A DNA stretch of 55,270 nt, the filler included, from Bipalium vagum (taxonomy: Eukaryota): NCBI GenBank assembly GCA_037834085.1. It is 3 parts of 3 records of this genome, joined end to end, with 100 filler letters (N's around TTAATTAATTAA, not from the genome) between each part and the next. Parts side by side here need not be neighbours in the genome. Positions count along the whole stretch, not along the records: positions 34,880 to 55,270 come from JBBMKC010251015.1; 2 more parts are not named here. The stretch is one strand, 5' to 3'. Both the position numbers and the translations under genes were made by a program. The number at the start of each line of letters is the position of its first letter. Position 1 is the first letter of the stretch. This document shows, one piece after another, positions 34,880 to 49,899 of this stretch. Below the pieces are notes generated by a model. That model was not told the DNA's origin and ran no database searches. It saw only the letters and a list, made by a program, of their open reading frames with translations.

Positions 34880-37368
34880 TTATTATTAATATATTTTATT
34901 TATTATTATTATTTATATTTTTTATTATTATTATCATATACAAAGATTTTTCGAAATTTAATTGTACTCAACCTCTGTTTACCTTCTTCTTATAGTGATT
35001 GATTTGATTTGATTTCATATAATTAATAATTTAAAAGGTTGAATAAATTAGATAGTTCAATATTCTCAAACGGTAATGATATATATATTATATTGGTTAG
35101 TTCCAGGAGATTTGCAATTGCAGGTGGGAAATGTATTGGGTAAGGAAAAGTGTAGGATTAGAATTAAAATCCAAGAGAGCTCAAATAATCTCTCAATCCA
35201 GTCGGGTCTGGGCGTAAGCAGAAATAAATTATAAAAAAATATATTTTTTACAATTTTAAGAAAAGAATAAATTTGGTAATTTCTTCCATAAAAATTATAA
35301 TTCCGATTTCAATTATAATTTATAATGAAAAAACGATTAATATATAAATTGTTATAAAATGATATCTGATGGTATACTGATAACATTGGGAATTAATTCA
35401 GCTTAAATTCAATAAATATAATACCACAAATGAACAAAATAATATCTGAAGATGGATTGATAAGATCCAGAATAAATTAAGCTCAAATTCAGTAAATAAA
35501 AAATATATGAATGAAGCAAATCTAATTGGCCATTTGAATATAAAATAATATATTACCTAAAGTAATTTAATTCAAATTTTTGACCGAATTATTTCCTTTT
35601 CAATTTAAATCCGGTGAGCAACAGAACTTTGTTTAAATACACGCCTTTTAGTAAGTCAAAACAAAATTCACTTAATAATTCATTTTAATTGAAGTTGTTT
35701 CAGACTTTTTTCCAATTCCTCATCAGCCGCCAATAATATTTAACATTGTAAATTTTAATTATTAATATTTAATAATTAATTTATAATAATTAATATTTTA
35801 ATAAAATACTTTTGAAAATTATTTTAATTTTAAAATATTAAAATTATTTTACAAAATTTATTATTTCTCAAAAATTATATTTGTTAATTAATCTGAGAAA
35901 GCAGTATTTACTGACTTTTACGTTCCCGGTTTGTATATTGACTGACTTTCTTTTTCTAATCAATTATGACTCATAGTTTATTTCATCATTATCAAAATCT
36001 CTTATGATCACTAATTTCTTCAGCATTGAATTTTCTGTTTCTCACAGGGATAATAATGAAATAATTTATTTATATTTAATTATTATATTTTTATATTGTT
36101 TATTATATATAATTTATTAATTTTATTTTAAGATATTTCTAAATAGACTCTTCTTTAGCCTTCTTCTAGACTCTAAGTCTATCTGGAAAATATATTTTTA
36201 ATTTTATTTTACATTAGCATTATTTTCCCATTTCTTTTGCAGTAATTTTTTAAAATTATATATAATAATAATAATAATATAAATTATTTTATTTTTATAC
36301 ACTCCCTGGAAAATTTAATAAAATGTAAGCAAAACTTATATTTTAAATTTTGTTAAAAATATTAATATTTTTCCTTTCACCATTTTAATCTTATATACAT
36401 CTGAATACACGTCTAGAATTTCAATTTCTGAACATTTGGATCAGGGAATGAAGAAAGTATTTTACATGGTTTATAGAAAAATACTTTTGTATTCGATACA
36501 TGCAATTTAATAAAAAAAATTCAATATTTTTCATTATAATGTTCACTCTTTGGTAAAATTTGAAAAAGATATAAAATAATCAATATTTTATTTTAAAGAA
36601 ATTACTGGATATTTATTTCAATATATCCAGCAGAAAATTTTATTTAAAAATACATTATTTAAACTTTTCATAAATATACTAAGTGCCCCAAAAGTTTTTA
36701 ACCCAAAATAAATAAAATTTAAAATATATTTGCTAAATACATATATCTAAACTTAAAGTGCCCGCCATCGTTAGCTTGACTTTTTTCTGACTTTGAATCT
36801 GCAAAAACCATCTCTGAATTTTCTATTATCAACATATTCGAATAGATTTGATTAATTAACCTTGCAGATTCTGATGTTGCTAAATCATAAACCATGTTTT
36901 TTTAATTTGTGATCTTCATTTCACATTTTTCTGTAATTTTCACATTTATTACATTTTCAACAAAATATTTTTGATATATTTAAACAATTTATTAATTTAT
37001 TGATTATAAATTATTAAAAATAATCTTCATTACATACGTATTGAACTAATAAAATCATCAAATATGATTCATTATTAATCTTAGTTTATTTATTTAAAAA
37101 TACAATTATAATTTTTTATATTTATTTATTTTACAATAAAATATTGAAAAACGTTCAAGATTTATTGTGAAATTTGAAAAATAATTATCCCAAAACTTTT
37201 TAAATGTTGTTACCTTTATTGAGAATTATATTTAGATTTTGCTTTGTGAATACCAACACTTATACATTGATTTTAATATATAAAAATTAAAATGAACCAT
37301 GATACTTATACATAATAAAATTAAATCGAAAAAATTAGAAACGCATTCAATACGGTTCTAATTTCATA

Positions 37369-37880
37369 CGTGGTGACGTCAAAAAGTATCTAGAATGAAA
37401 GACATAATTAACAGATAAATTAATTTAAACTTACTTAAAAATAAATCTGTATATATACATCAATAAAATCAGTATATGTCTATAAATAATATGCCTTATC
37501 CAATTTAATTTTAATTTTATTGCAGAAAATGTCATTCGAGCTACAATATCGTTCATTTATTCGTTTTTTTAGTTTTACGAAAAATAAAGTCATCAAAAAT
37601 CATGCAACAACTTCAAGAAGCATATAATGATGAAGTCCCATCCCAAGCTACAATTTACTTCTGGATTCAACAATTTAAAAGAGGTCTGACAAATGTAAAT
37701 GATGATGTTAGAAGCGGTAGGTCTGTTGAAATTTCCGGGAAAAAAAATAAAAAAATTGCAGAATATTGTGCAAAATGAACGAAGAATCACCAAAAGAGCC
37801 TTAGCAGATCGACTAAATGTTAGTTATGGGTCCATTCATGCGATTCTGAAACAGTTAGGAATAAGAAAACTATGTTCACA
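37369..37880 (+). mobile_element. mariner 5' half
   Basis: TA-CGTGGTGACGTCAAAAAGT terminus; MQQLQEAYNDEVPSQATIYFWIQQFKRG..DDVRSGR, LGIRKLCS. Confidence 0.8.
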
Positions 37881-38129
37881 TATATTAAAATTTATTATAT
37901 AATATAAGTTAGGTTCCGAGAAAGATTTTGGAATCTGGTTTTTAAAGTGTTATAACTCTTAAAAACTGGCATAATCATAAAAGTCGACATTTAATTATTC
38001 TAAATCATTTGAATTAAACTAAATTAATTATTTTCTCTTAAATAGGTAAACATTTGAAAAAGAACTTATAAATAAAACTTAAAACTGTCCCAGGAAAATT
38101 ATCCATTTTGATCTACCATGATTTTACTT

Positions 38130-39620
38130 TAAGTGTGATCTTAGACCGAATCACTGTCTAGGTAGAATTCATTTAGCCTCTTGGCATGAAACTACCAAAG
38201 AGCATGTTTACAAATGGTTCTCATAATTTCAGCACGGTTGCATAAGTCTGGAAGGACTAATTTCGAATGGGTAATTCTTCAACCTCCGTTTTAGTTAATA
38301 ATATTGATGATGTACATGAAATAATTAAAAAGAGATTGGCATATCACATACCGTTCAATTAAGATTGGTGTTGGAATGAAAGCAATTGAAAGCAATTGAA
38401 AGCAATTGAAAGCACTTTGTACTTGCATCTAAAAGTAGGAAAGCCGTGGAGTGGTTGGATCGTGTTATTGGTTCCAAAAATTCACCAGAAGTCGTTGAAA
38501 TTTAATTACAAAATTGTCATTGTACCACTATCAAAGTAAACTATAATTCATATTTTTAATATTTTCATCTGAATACAGCCCAACAGACTTTGTTAAGTCC
38601 ACCAATGCTGCCAAGAAAATAATATAATAACTATCACATAACCTCACTATTTTTTTATCCCCTTAGTATTACCATGAATGAACACCTGAAATTCTAATAC
38701 CTTTTTAATAACCTTTAAAGTTGCCATGTTTACTAATTTTCTTATTTTCCCATCTTCCTAATTCATACTTGCTGTAACTTGTACGTGACCAACTGAACTC
38801 TAATTTCCTTTGATTTTATTTTTTCATACCACAACTTTACCCACATATAATAATATTGGATTGGCAAGAAAGTAATAGTCGATTTTGCATAAAGACATTT
38901 AACTTCATTTAAACTGTATTTTAAATAAAAATCATAGTTTAAATAATATTTAAAGATGGTTGTTGGATTCAAATTTCAATCAATAAGTCAATTTCATAGA
39001 TTTTTTATATCGATTTTTATTTTTCAGCTTTAGTATGAAAGATTGGGCATGTATTTGACGTAGGATTTAATTTTCTTTTATTGAAAAGGAAAAAATTAAT
39101 CAGAAGGTTGAGAAAAAAAAGCAAGAATGCATTAAAAGAACATCAATGTCAAACTGTTTTGAAAATTTGTATTAATTCTAATGTTTACATTGATCAATTA
39201 ACAAAGTTGAACACAGAAGACGCCCACAAGTGGCAAGCCATGAAGTGATTTTTTCAGACAATGGAGAAATCACACAATCTTTAGCCACACGGCAAAAATT
39301 ACTGAATCATACTTGGAACTTATTACAACATACTCCGGATCTCGCCCCTCTCGATTATAATTATTTTAGCTATTGATATATATACATAGAATCTTGAATG
39401 GGTTAAACTGTTCCAAAAATGAAGTCCTCAAATCTGACTTGAATTTTATGTAGATAAACCCAAAAAAAATTTTAAGCGAGAAAATTTTATGCTTCTTGGA
39501 AGATGATAACAAATCCTTGATAGCAATGGGCAAGTCATAATTTAATAAAAATATATTGTTTCAAGTCCTTTGTGTCATCAGAAAAATCTGTAATTATTTA
39601 CTTTTTTGCTAACCAAATAA
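38130..39620 (+). mobile_element. Cluster of mariner fragments (5' piece ~38130-38470 with a (TGAAAGCAAT)x3.8 slippage; 3' piece ~39080-39620)
   Basis: VYKWFS*FQHG-like HTH piece; DN..SH, PDLAPLDY, W*QILDSNG. Confidence 0.6.
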
Positions 39621-39969
39621 TATGAGTACTTGATCTGATTTCTTTCTACATTTACATTTTTAAAATCTTTTCTCTTTTAATTCTAAATAAAGAAATAGAT
39701 TTAAATGAGCTCTAAATTTAAAGAAATTTTAAATATTCTCTTCATTTCATTTAAATAATTAATCACATCTTTCTTTTAATATCTTGTAAAAAAAATAATA
39801 TAAATAAATAATAATATAATTTAATATCTTTTAATAATGTTAAAAAGTTAACATTAATCATTTAACCCAGAGGGGTTTCGTTATATTTAATTAAGTTAAT
39901 TAATTATTATTAATATTTTACTAATTGTATTAATATCTTCTCAATTTTATTTATGCACACTCTACACCC

Positions 39970-39976
39970 ATTATTA

Positions 39977-40014
<38 letters not shown>

Positions 40015-40040
40015 AATTATTATTACAATTATTATTATTA
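39970..40040. repeat. Imperfect (ATT)n microsatellite
   Basis: Directly visible. Confidence 0.9.
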
Positions 40041-40638
40041 TAGATTTTTCTATTCATTACACAAAAAAAATAATTCAAAATTTTTATAAGAAACCGTTTT
40101 AAATAAATATTTTTTTAAAAAATTATTTTTGACGAAATGTGTAAAATTAAATACGATTTAATCTGTATGGCTTCTTTAAAGTTTCAAATAAAATTATATC
40201 TCGATTCATTAATTTTTATGGGAAGAAAATAAATATAATGAAAATTTTTGTGGATTTCTTTTATCAAACATTGTCATAAAATTCTCTACTTTGAGCAAAG
40301 AAGTTCAATTAAGAGCTTGACTGCTTACGTTCAAAAGAAACTGAACTAATAAACTAAAAATCCTCGTTTGTAAAGGATCAAGTATTATTTTAAATCTTTA
40401 AATAGATCACACTTTATATATTGATGATTGTTTATATTGATTCAGAACGAAGTGAAAGTTTGGAAACTAAAGTTTTCGATTTTAAAGATTTTGCATCCGC
40501 AGTTTATTTTGAAAATTATTTTTTATTATAATTTATATTTTTGAATTTTAGTATTTTTTAAAAATTATTTTCTAGATTTCATTATATATTTTTATTCCTT
40601 TAATTATTTACTAAACCAATGTAATATTATTTATTAAT

Positions 40639-40775
40639 NNNNNNNNNNNNNNNNNNNNNNNNNNNNNNNNNNNNNNNNNNNNNNNNNNNNNNNNNNNNNN
40701 NNNNNNNNNNNNNNNNNNNNNNNNNNNNNNNNNNNNNNNNNNNNNNNNNNNNNNNNNNNNNNNNNNNNNNNNNNN
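40639..40775. other. Assembly gap (137 N)
   Basis: Run of N. Confidence 0.99.
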
Positions 40776-42379
40776 TTATACTTTGCTTCTTTACAATATG
40801 TGAAATTACAAATAATAATTTTATTATGTTGAAAGAGATGTCATATTCCGTGACTACCGGAATCAATAAATCATTTTATAGATTTAAAAGAAAATCAAAT
40901 AGTTATGGGTAATATTATCCTTTATTTGTATAGATTTTATTGTAAAAAACAATAATTAATAATAGGATCATTTTTTGAGAAAAATATTATTAGTTATTTA
41001 TTCATGTATTTTTAGGTTTTTAAAAACATTTTTACTTTAATTATAAGATGCTTCTAATCACTATAACTTAAAATATTTAAAAAAATTATAGAAATGATAA
41101 TAATTAGTTTATTGTTGACATTATTATCTTTGAAATTTTTAAAAAGGAAAATAATTTTTTATTCTAATATATCGACACAAGCGCGGTCGATAGACAGCAG
41201 TTTCTGGTCAAAAATGTTTTCCTATAAATACTTTTTATCAGGTTTCTGTGACTACACCAGATGTAGAACTGTAATCCAACTCAGGAGCTCCTGATTCTTT
41301 GTCTCTTATTGTTTTTTCTCAGTAGTGGTGATATTGCCTCAGTACTCCTTTCACGGAGCACTCGATAACTTCAAAAATAAATAAATCACGCTACCAACAT
41401 GAAGGACAACTGTTAGTATAAATTATAAATCTCTATAAATTAGTATTCATATCAGGTTAAGTTAAAGAACAAATCAAATATCATGTTTATTACTAAGGTA
41501 ATAATAAATTTGAAATCGCTCGAATAGTAATTCGCAAAGAGAACCAAAACAGTAAAACAAAACTGCTTTATGCTTGATTTTGCAACGTTTGGTACGATTG
41601 AATAAAGGTGTTATTGATTTTAAACGGGTGCTGTGCATTTGCGGACAAAATCATAAGATTATGGAATCAAGTTCTTTGCGGACTTGAGTAATATAAATAT
41701 TAACAATTATAAGATTATTAATTAAGTATATCTCTATATTATTATATTAAATATAATATAACAAAAATTATGGAAGATTTATTACTTTTACCCAACGCTT
41801 AAATTATTTGAAATATTAAAAACGGATATGATCTCATTTTATTTAAAGACAACGTTGAACTTAATGCATTAGGAAAAGCTACCAAAAAGACAAATCAGGA
41901 TTTCACAATATTTGTCCGACTTAGTACTGGCTGGTTTCCATTGATTTTATGAAGACGTTTATTTTTACCAGTCACGAAAACAAATGCACGGTTGTTTTTA
42001 TTCACAAATTTCAGATTTCTTTGAAAAATAAGGATAATTAATTAAAAGCTATTGGAATTAATTAGGAATAAAAAAAAATATTTTATTCAATCTTTTCTAT
42101 TTTAATTGACCAATAAAGTCTTAATTTTTGCATCAACGTGACAAAAAAAGAAAAATATTAAATATAAATAAAAATTAATTTTATCTTGCTATGAGGAAGT
42201 CGAGAAATCATTTTCAATAGAATCTGTTGATATTGTCAATTGTAGTAAGACATATATGTGGCCAAGTTTGAAACCTAAATTATGTCATTAACTAGGTCAA
42301 ATAAAAGAAAGTACTTAATTAAGTCGGTCCACTATGCCAACTAGGTAACATTTGGTCATGTTTACAAAATTTATTTAAA

Positions 42380-43320
42380 TAACTTTTTATCATGAAGTCA
42401 TAAACCCCTCTCTTAAATACATTGAGCTAACATTTGATCTTCTTGAAGACGAATAACCTGCTATTGAAGTCTTGAGGGATAACTAGCACTGAGAGCATGT
42501 GGATAGTTTTCTTAAACATTATGAGAAATATTTTTAAATTTTCAATCCAAATTTCTATTCCAATTAGGATTGCATTAAAATTATCCGTTTGAATAATTTC
42601 CGAAAAACAATTAATCTCTTTGGTGAAAGTCTTCCTTCATGGAAATATCTGTTTTCTCGAAAGTACTTTTAATGTTTTGCTTTAGATTCAATTGATTCTT
42701 GTTTGGATTCTTGATAATTAGTGTTTTCATTTTCCGATGAAGAAAAATCAACTTCTTTGAAAAATTACTTGATCAGTTCCTTGTCAAAGTTGAAAACATC
42801 CTTTGTAAGTTCCACAGATCTGATAAGAATTGTGCTCAAAATGATTCTTTTTCAAAATCAATAGTTTCAGAACTATGAATAAATTTGAATTTCCGCTTAA
42901 AATGGTTTTGTAAATTATTCACCATACAGCCGTATTCTGAAGACTTTTCTATCTTAGAGCACCCGTATCGTCCAACTCAATAATTGTAAGGACTAGTGCA
43001 GAACATGATCCATGATTATTTTGAGTTATATCCGTTGTTTTGTGGAATGGTTTTAGAATTTCAATAAATTCATGAGCTTTTTGTCAGGTAAGGCTGACAG
43101 ATAGATCAAATTCAGTTGATAGTAGAAGAAACTCATTTTCGCTATTTAATCCTGTCCAAAGGAAAAAACAATTCCTTCTTGTTGAGGAACATCTGAACAA
43201 TTTTTCATTTTGTATTTTTAGTAAATGGAATTTTTTGCAGATTGATTGACCTTTGGTGAAAGTATCAACCAAGAGTGCAGGTACTTCTTAAAGATAAGGG
43301 AATGTGAACCAAATATTTAT
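42380..43320 (-). mobile_element. Decayed hAT transposase
   Basis: STRRNC (cf. TRWNS), EFIEILKPFHKTTDITQ, and C-terminal SVLVIP resembling the hAT dimerisation domain; multiple stops. Confidence 0.55.
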
Positions 43321-43679
43321 TTCTTTTCTGCAATAGATATGTATAACATTTTTAGTGTTTTCAGTTTAATAAATCAATATTCTTTTATTCAATAATGAAT
43401 TAAGTAAAAATCATTTTAAATTGAATTTATGATTAAAATACCATATTTTTTTGTTTGAGTCTTTTTCAATGACCAGTTCCTGTACTTCTTTGTAGTCCGA
43501 ATTTCGCCTAATATTATTTTTAGACATTTAAATTTCGAAATCAACGTTACAGGCTTACCAAAAAAGAATTAATCTCTAAGGTCACCGTTACCCTCTATAG
43601 AATTTGTTGAAATAAATCTGCGCTATCTGAATATCATATTGGCTAATAAGTTCTTAGATTTATTGTGATCAAACTAGAC

Positions 43680-44020
43680 AACTATATGGACCAACCAAAG
43701 AGATTTAAATAGAAAAAAGAAAATCAATGGTCGTTCTCTATCACCATTTTACAATTTTCTGATAGACTCTTGATTCTTTTCAGAAGATCAGCGACTTTGA
43801 TTCAAATAGAATTTAATATAATTTTTGAACTCTTTGTTACTAATAGAAACATGAAGTGCCCTAAACAAGTGGTAATCAGTTGGCGATAAATCAAGAGTAC
43901 ATGATTTCACAGTCAATTTTTTAAATTTTGTAAAATTGTTTTTGAGAGATGCGCTGGTGAGTTATCATGATGATGGAATTTTTTCATATAATAATTTTCA
44001 TATTTTTTTTCATGGCATAA
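43680..44020 (-). mobile_element. mariner 3' fragment
   Basis: FHHHDNSPAH, DLSPTDYHLFR. Confidence 0.75.
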
Positions 44021-44810
44021 GAAAATTGGAAACCTTAGAAGATTTTTTTTAAAATATAAAGAAATTGAGGCATTTTTTCAACGATTTTTAATTAGACTTG
44101 CAATTCCGTGATATATTAATTATATTTTATTATTATCATAATAATATTATATTATTTTATATTATTACTTCGTCATTAAATACCGGTAATAAATTAAGCG
44201 AATTGTAAAAGCAAAGTGAAAAGAAATTTTCTATCATGAGACTCGTGACCCTTCTCAACTTCGCGAGACTTCAAATCAAGCGGTTTGAAAGAGTTTAATT
44301 CGATTAGTGAAAACTACATATAAAAGAAGTGACAGGACTCCTCAAACAGAAATCTAGGCTGTGGAGGTTTTTTATAATTTTGTTATTATTTTTCAACAAA
44401 ACATTGCAGAAAGTAATTACAACTAAATTAAGAGAAGCCCTTAATCCGCAGAAAAGTATTGATTACAATCAATTATCAGAATTATTCCTTATTTAAATTA
44501 GGTTCTTTCTCCAATGTTAAGCGAAATGTATTGTGACTTCTTTCGGAATTAGAGTGAGAATTTATCTCATAAAAGGTTTTCTAATGTTGCTACGCTATGC
44601 TTGAAATCTGAGTGAAAATGAGAATAGAACCTTTTATCTATTCATCTCTTGTTAACTTTTAAGTAATTTTGCTTTCGAAAAAATATTTTGTTAACTTTTT
44701 AACCGTCTCTTTTCTGAACTGATCAAAACATTTCTTTTTAACGTAAGCGTTTAATTGTTTTAACAAATCGGTGTTATCGATTTTAATTGCAGTAAATTCA
44801 AATTCTATTA

Positions 44811-45316
44811 ATGTTCTCCATTGGAGAAAGAATGAAAATTGTTTTACTGATAGTTAAGATGGAATCAAGCACTTTAGTCAGACGGCATTTAAAGCACATG
44901 GAATGGAAAAAGATAACTAAAGCGAGGAAAATGAGGAAGATATTTGAAAAATTCAAAGAGACCGGAAGTGTTTGTGATCTTTGGAAGTCTGAAAGACCAT
45001 CAATTGGAGGTTAAAACAATATGCGGTGTAAGTCATGTTTATGAAGAGTCATCTGAGACACCTGAAGACACAGGTAAATAGAAGAAAACTAAAATATATT
45101 CAAGATCTGAAAGATATTAAACAAATTGAGGGATCTAGAATATCACCAGAAATGTTTCAAAATATTATGAATGGCTTTTATAATCGCTTAGATGAGTTTA
45201 TGAAGCGTATTGTTCTTATTTATTAAAATATCGAATTTTAATAAATAAATTTTTCTGTGTCAAAACTTTGCAGTCTTATGTTAAATATATTACTTACTAA
45301 CCTAATACACACCCTA
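44811..45316 (+). mobile_element. Internally deleted Tc1/mariner-superfamily element (rosa/DD41D-like N-terminus)
   Basis: MFSIGERMKIV..STLVRR..KIFEKFKETGSVCDLWKSERP; C-terminal ISPEMFQNIMNGFYNRL; ends CACCCTA-TA. Confidence 0.65.
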
Positions 45317-48300
45317 TACTACTCTTTATTAAAGCCCAAGTCAATTAAGAGTACATTTTAGAGATTTACAGAGAAAAAGCAAGCAGTGTTTTGTGTGACT
45401 TCCATTATGTTCTGGGATATTTAGGCAAAGGTTTTAAATGAGCAAAATCATTTCCGCTAAAATTTTTCTTTTGCTGATAAAATGATAATAAGCATTTATG
45501 AGGGTATTTTAAAATATGATTAAAGGCTTATATCAACATGGACACATAATGCTTTAATGTAATTATTTTCTTACCTACATTTCCCGAGTTTCTCTGAGAT
45601 TTTTTGCTTTTCCTAGACAGCTATGATGAAAAAAATATTAACAAAATTTGCATTATCATTAAGAAAATTATATTATGCATTAAAAAACTAAGACGAGATA
45701 TATATTTTTTAGATCAATTTTATTGAGTTTCTATTTTTACTATTTTTTTTCCAGCAATAAATCAATTTTAAAATAATCGGAACTTTTTTGTATTTTCGTA
45801 ATTAAATTAAAATTAATTATTAATTTAATAATTAATTATTATATTAATTTTTATATTATATTAATTAGAATATTATTAAATTAAATTAAATATTAATATT
45901 ATTAAATTATTATTATTAAATTAATTATTATAATAAATATCTAACAAAAACTGAAAATGGTTATAAATACTCAGTTATTTTGTTATATAAGCTCAAAAGG
46001 TTTTATAAACTATGAACTTTTATGTTTCCAGGAAAATGGCAACCGGTCTTTGATAACAATGGGCAATTCATGATTTAATAAAAAGATATTGGTTCATTTA
46101 ATTTCATGTGTTTTCTCTCTTCAAAAAATCATCCATTATTATCTTCAAAACCCAATAGATACTTAACAATATAGCTTAGAACAACATGTATATGACCCCA
46201 TTATTTTGTTTTGAGAGCTCTTCGTTCAATGATAATAACAGAAAACCGTTTAATTAGATTAATACAAAATCTGAAAATAAAATAAAATCGATTTTAATTT
46301 TTTTTTTATTTTATTTTTCACTATTAAATAATGAATAATTTTATTTCCCACTGAAAAATAAATTATTTTACAAATAATTATTTAAATAAAAAGATACATA
46401 TTAATAAAATAATATAATTAAATGGAATTATTTTTTAATATAAATATAATATATACTTATTAGAGAAAATGAAGAATTATTCAGTCTGGTATCTTATCAC
46501 TTTTAAAGGCCGTATCTGTTGAGAAATAACATATAAAACTGTAAAATATTTAACTGCTTTTTTTTAATAATTTATATTTACAAAAAAAGAAAAAATCATA
46601 AATCAGTGATAAAAAAATTCATTTTTATTTTGTGATGAAAATTAATCATTTTAAAATTTTGTGGAGCTTAGTTTTTATTATAATATTTTATTTTAATTAA
46701 TTAGACCTTTCAAGACTGACTTCGTCACAATTCTATAGAGAAAGATTAGCAAATCAAAAGTATATATGAAAATCAATTAAAAAATTTTAACCAGACTCGA
46801 GTCTTTGGGGTGAAGCGGAAACGTTGTAAGATTTAATTATCATTATTAGTCTCAAAATATTTCACATTATCCGAGGACTTCACTGAATTCACTGTCAAGT
46901 AATTGTTATAAATGAAGAACACTCTTTAAAGATTAAATGAATTCCTATCCAATTTGGTAATATTATTTTATTATATTTTGGCAAGAAAAAATTTTGATCG
47001 GAATTTAAACCCAGTGGCTGTCTTTGGAAGCACTGGATTTTTGAGAATTCATACAGAAGGAGAAGATATAATTAGAACAACTTCCTCTCTGCTTATTAAA
47101 GAAAATAAAACCTATATTGTATTTTACATGTCGACTTTCTTATAATGTGTAATATATTTCATCAGTTTGAGAATATATTTTTTCTGAGAAAATGCTCAGA
47201 ATTAACCAAGAAAATGCAGCTTGTTTCTCTTTTTAGAAGAACGCGTTTTTTCACAACAAATTACATATTTTATGTTAGCATAATAGATTTTCTCTTTAAT
47301 CTTCTGAATTTCATTATTAACTCATAGTAATCTTTAGAATTGTTTGAGATGGAAGTGAGGGATGATGAGAAATACTTGTCCATTTGACATTGAATTCTTC
47401 ACCGTTATATATTTTCGTCTATAGAGTTTGTTATTGATTGCAAGTTATCACTGTTTTCGACATTCGGTAAATTTTTATGAAAATAAAGCACAATCGATAA
47501 TATTTACCAATATATGCATACTATTTACAAAATATCCTCAATAGTTTCTCAGACCCAGATTAACTTAATAAATAAATAAATAAATAATCCCATAAAAATA
47601 ATCGTTTTTGATTTATCCAGATTAAGGTTAAATAACTTGTAATAAAGATTAATAACGTATTGATTGATTGAATGAAAAATTACATAGCTTGCTTAATAAA
47701 ATGGTAAAATTAACTTTATTGATATTTGTTTTAATAATCATTTTAGCGCTCAATTAAAATGACTATAAATTATGAAATTCGTGTGGTTCTTCAAAATTAT
47801 TGCAACAGACAGATATCAGCCGTTGAATGTACCAGGTTAATAATAGACGTTTAGGATCCAATTGCTCTCAATGAGAGGACAACAAGGCGCTGGTTTTTCA
47901 AATTCAATTCCTGTGACATCTGCCATCAATATGCATAAGGATCTGGATAAAAAATTATTTTTCTAGTTTTCTAAAGCATTAATTATAAACTATAAATTTC
48001 GAATCTTCCAATCAAACTTAATAAAACTTATTGACAATTTTATTTTCAGTAAATTAATTTTAAAAAATCCATTGATATTTATGCTTTCAAATCGGATCTT
48101 TGTCAGTCTCAAACTCATGACTTTTAAACTTGAATCAATGTTGTGTTGGTGACTTGAATTTGTACATTAATCTCATCTATCAGCTTTATTGAAATACTTA
48201 AGTTATATTAATAAAATAATTTTTTTATTAAATTATCTTGAAAATAAATATGGAGAAAAAAAATTATTTTTACAGAATTTTTTTCATTTATATTATATTT

Positions 48301-48689
48301 ATATGAATAAAAACGATCCTAGCATTTTAATGAAAGGAAAAGTTAATAAAATCGATAAAAACCCTTAAATCAAAATAATTAAACCTGAATAATAATAAAA
48401 AATAATAATAATAACTTTAATGTAATAAAATTTTGAATTTTGAATTTTCATTTTTATTTTAATGGTGAAATAAAAAAAAGAATTTGGATAAAAATAAATG
48501 TAACAAAGTAATAAACATTTGATAAAAAAACCTAATCGGATTTGACATGGTAATAATACATTATTATTATTACTAACGTTATTATTATCTGATGTCAAAC
48601 TGCTCAGTTTAATTAATTTTTTCTTACGAAGAATTTTTTCTACAAGAATCATTTTTATTAAATTGTTTAAAAAAACGTCGGTTTTGACC

Positions 48690-49771
48690 TTAAACTTTCA
48701 ATGTATATTTTTTAAGTAAGACAAAACTTTATTGATTAAAATAAAAACCATTCATTTTAATACATTTTGACCAACAAAACAAAAGTTTTTTCCAGTAACG
48801 TAAATTCAGTAGTCTTAGAAGCAATGAAATGATTCGATTTCGAGACAAAGTAAAATTTTTAGTATCTTCGTACCTTTTGAAGTTCTGTTCCAGCTAATCG
48901 TACCATCGAGTGAACAAGTTATAATCAGACAAACCAATGTGAATTAAGAAGACATATGATGGGATATATTCAACATTAGTGTCTTTAAGGTATCTGTGAC
49001 AAGTTGGTATGTCTGACAACTCATTCTGATAACTTTACCTTTAGTTTATGAATTGACTCCATTTCCTGATGGTCATAGTGATTGTTTCTTTTTATTAATT
49101 TATACCTTAACAATTGCAACAAAAAATACGTACAAAAGAGTGATTTGTTGGTTAGTCTAAATTAATCCAATATATTTTACGCTTATGTTTACCAAAAAAT
49201 CCACTTTCATCACTAATGATCATGCTATACTCAGTTTGTATTCCCTTTTATCAACATTTTGGAAATCGTTTCTTTTTCTTTTCCTTCTCTCAATCATAAA
49301 ACATCAAAAATTTTCTTTTTGAATCTTTCGTTTATCACGTAAGCAATATTTAATTGCTTTTCTAAAGAACAAGGTTTTTGCGCATTCATTTTTGCTTTTG
49401 TTCATTTTATTTATAGAGTAACACTTGTAGTTCACCATATTCAGATATTTTTCTATTGTACCTATCGTTTAAAAATACTAATCTCCGGCTTTTAATCTCT
49501 GAAACCATTCTAGAAAATTTCCTTCAGCTGAAGCACATTTGACACAAGTTTCTACAATCAACTTATGTGTATTAATCTTCAAGTTGAATATAAAAAGTAC
49601 AACGTTCAGCAAATGGGGACAAATTTCGTTATCTAGAACGTAGTGTATAAATCTGTATAAACTTTTATAAAATTTTAAATACTAACATATACTGGTTTAT
49701 ATTAACTGAGTTAAGTAATTAACTTTAAATAAGCATATGTTAAATAATTGATTACTTTCCGGTCCACCTGA
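48690..49771 (-). mobile_element. Decayed mariner
   Basis: TA-TCAGGTGGACCGGAAAGTAAT terminus; ISDESGFF-like first-Asp motif; FHCF*DY*IY end. Confidence 0.65.
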
Positions 49772-49899
49772 TATTATAATATTAATGACCCACTGTATTA
49801 TAATGTAAATATAATTTTAAAATTTAAAAATACCAAGACCTGATTACAGTTCTTATAATAAAATATAACTATTAGATCAAAAAGTATGAAATGCATAGA

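Noticed and set aside
35380-35540. Hydrophobic frame with FILDL resembling an S3 segment
   Set aside because: No WN..D context or consistent splice sites; hydrophobic frames arise by chance in AT-rich DNA.
35690-35735. Minus-strand CTGATGA...GAAAC hammerhead-like core
   Set aside because: Stem II is imperfect and no compatible stem I/III or cleavage triplet could be paired.
46200-46270. Possible upstream channel exon (RFCINLIKRFSVIII) after a cag acceptor
   Set aside because: Runs into a stop before a suitable donor and lacks the S1 consensus.
48365-48652. 95-aa and similar I/F/K/N-rich ORFs (e.g. 16489-16704, 29640-29906)
   Set aside because: Low-complexity translations of AT-rich or microsatellite DNA with no motifs.
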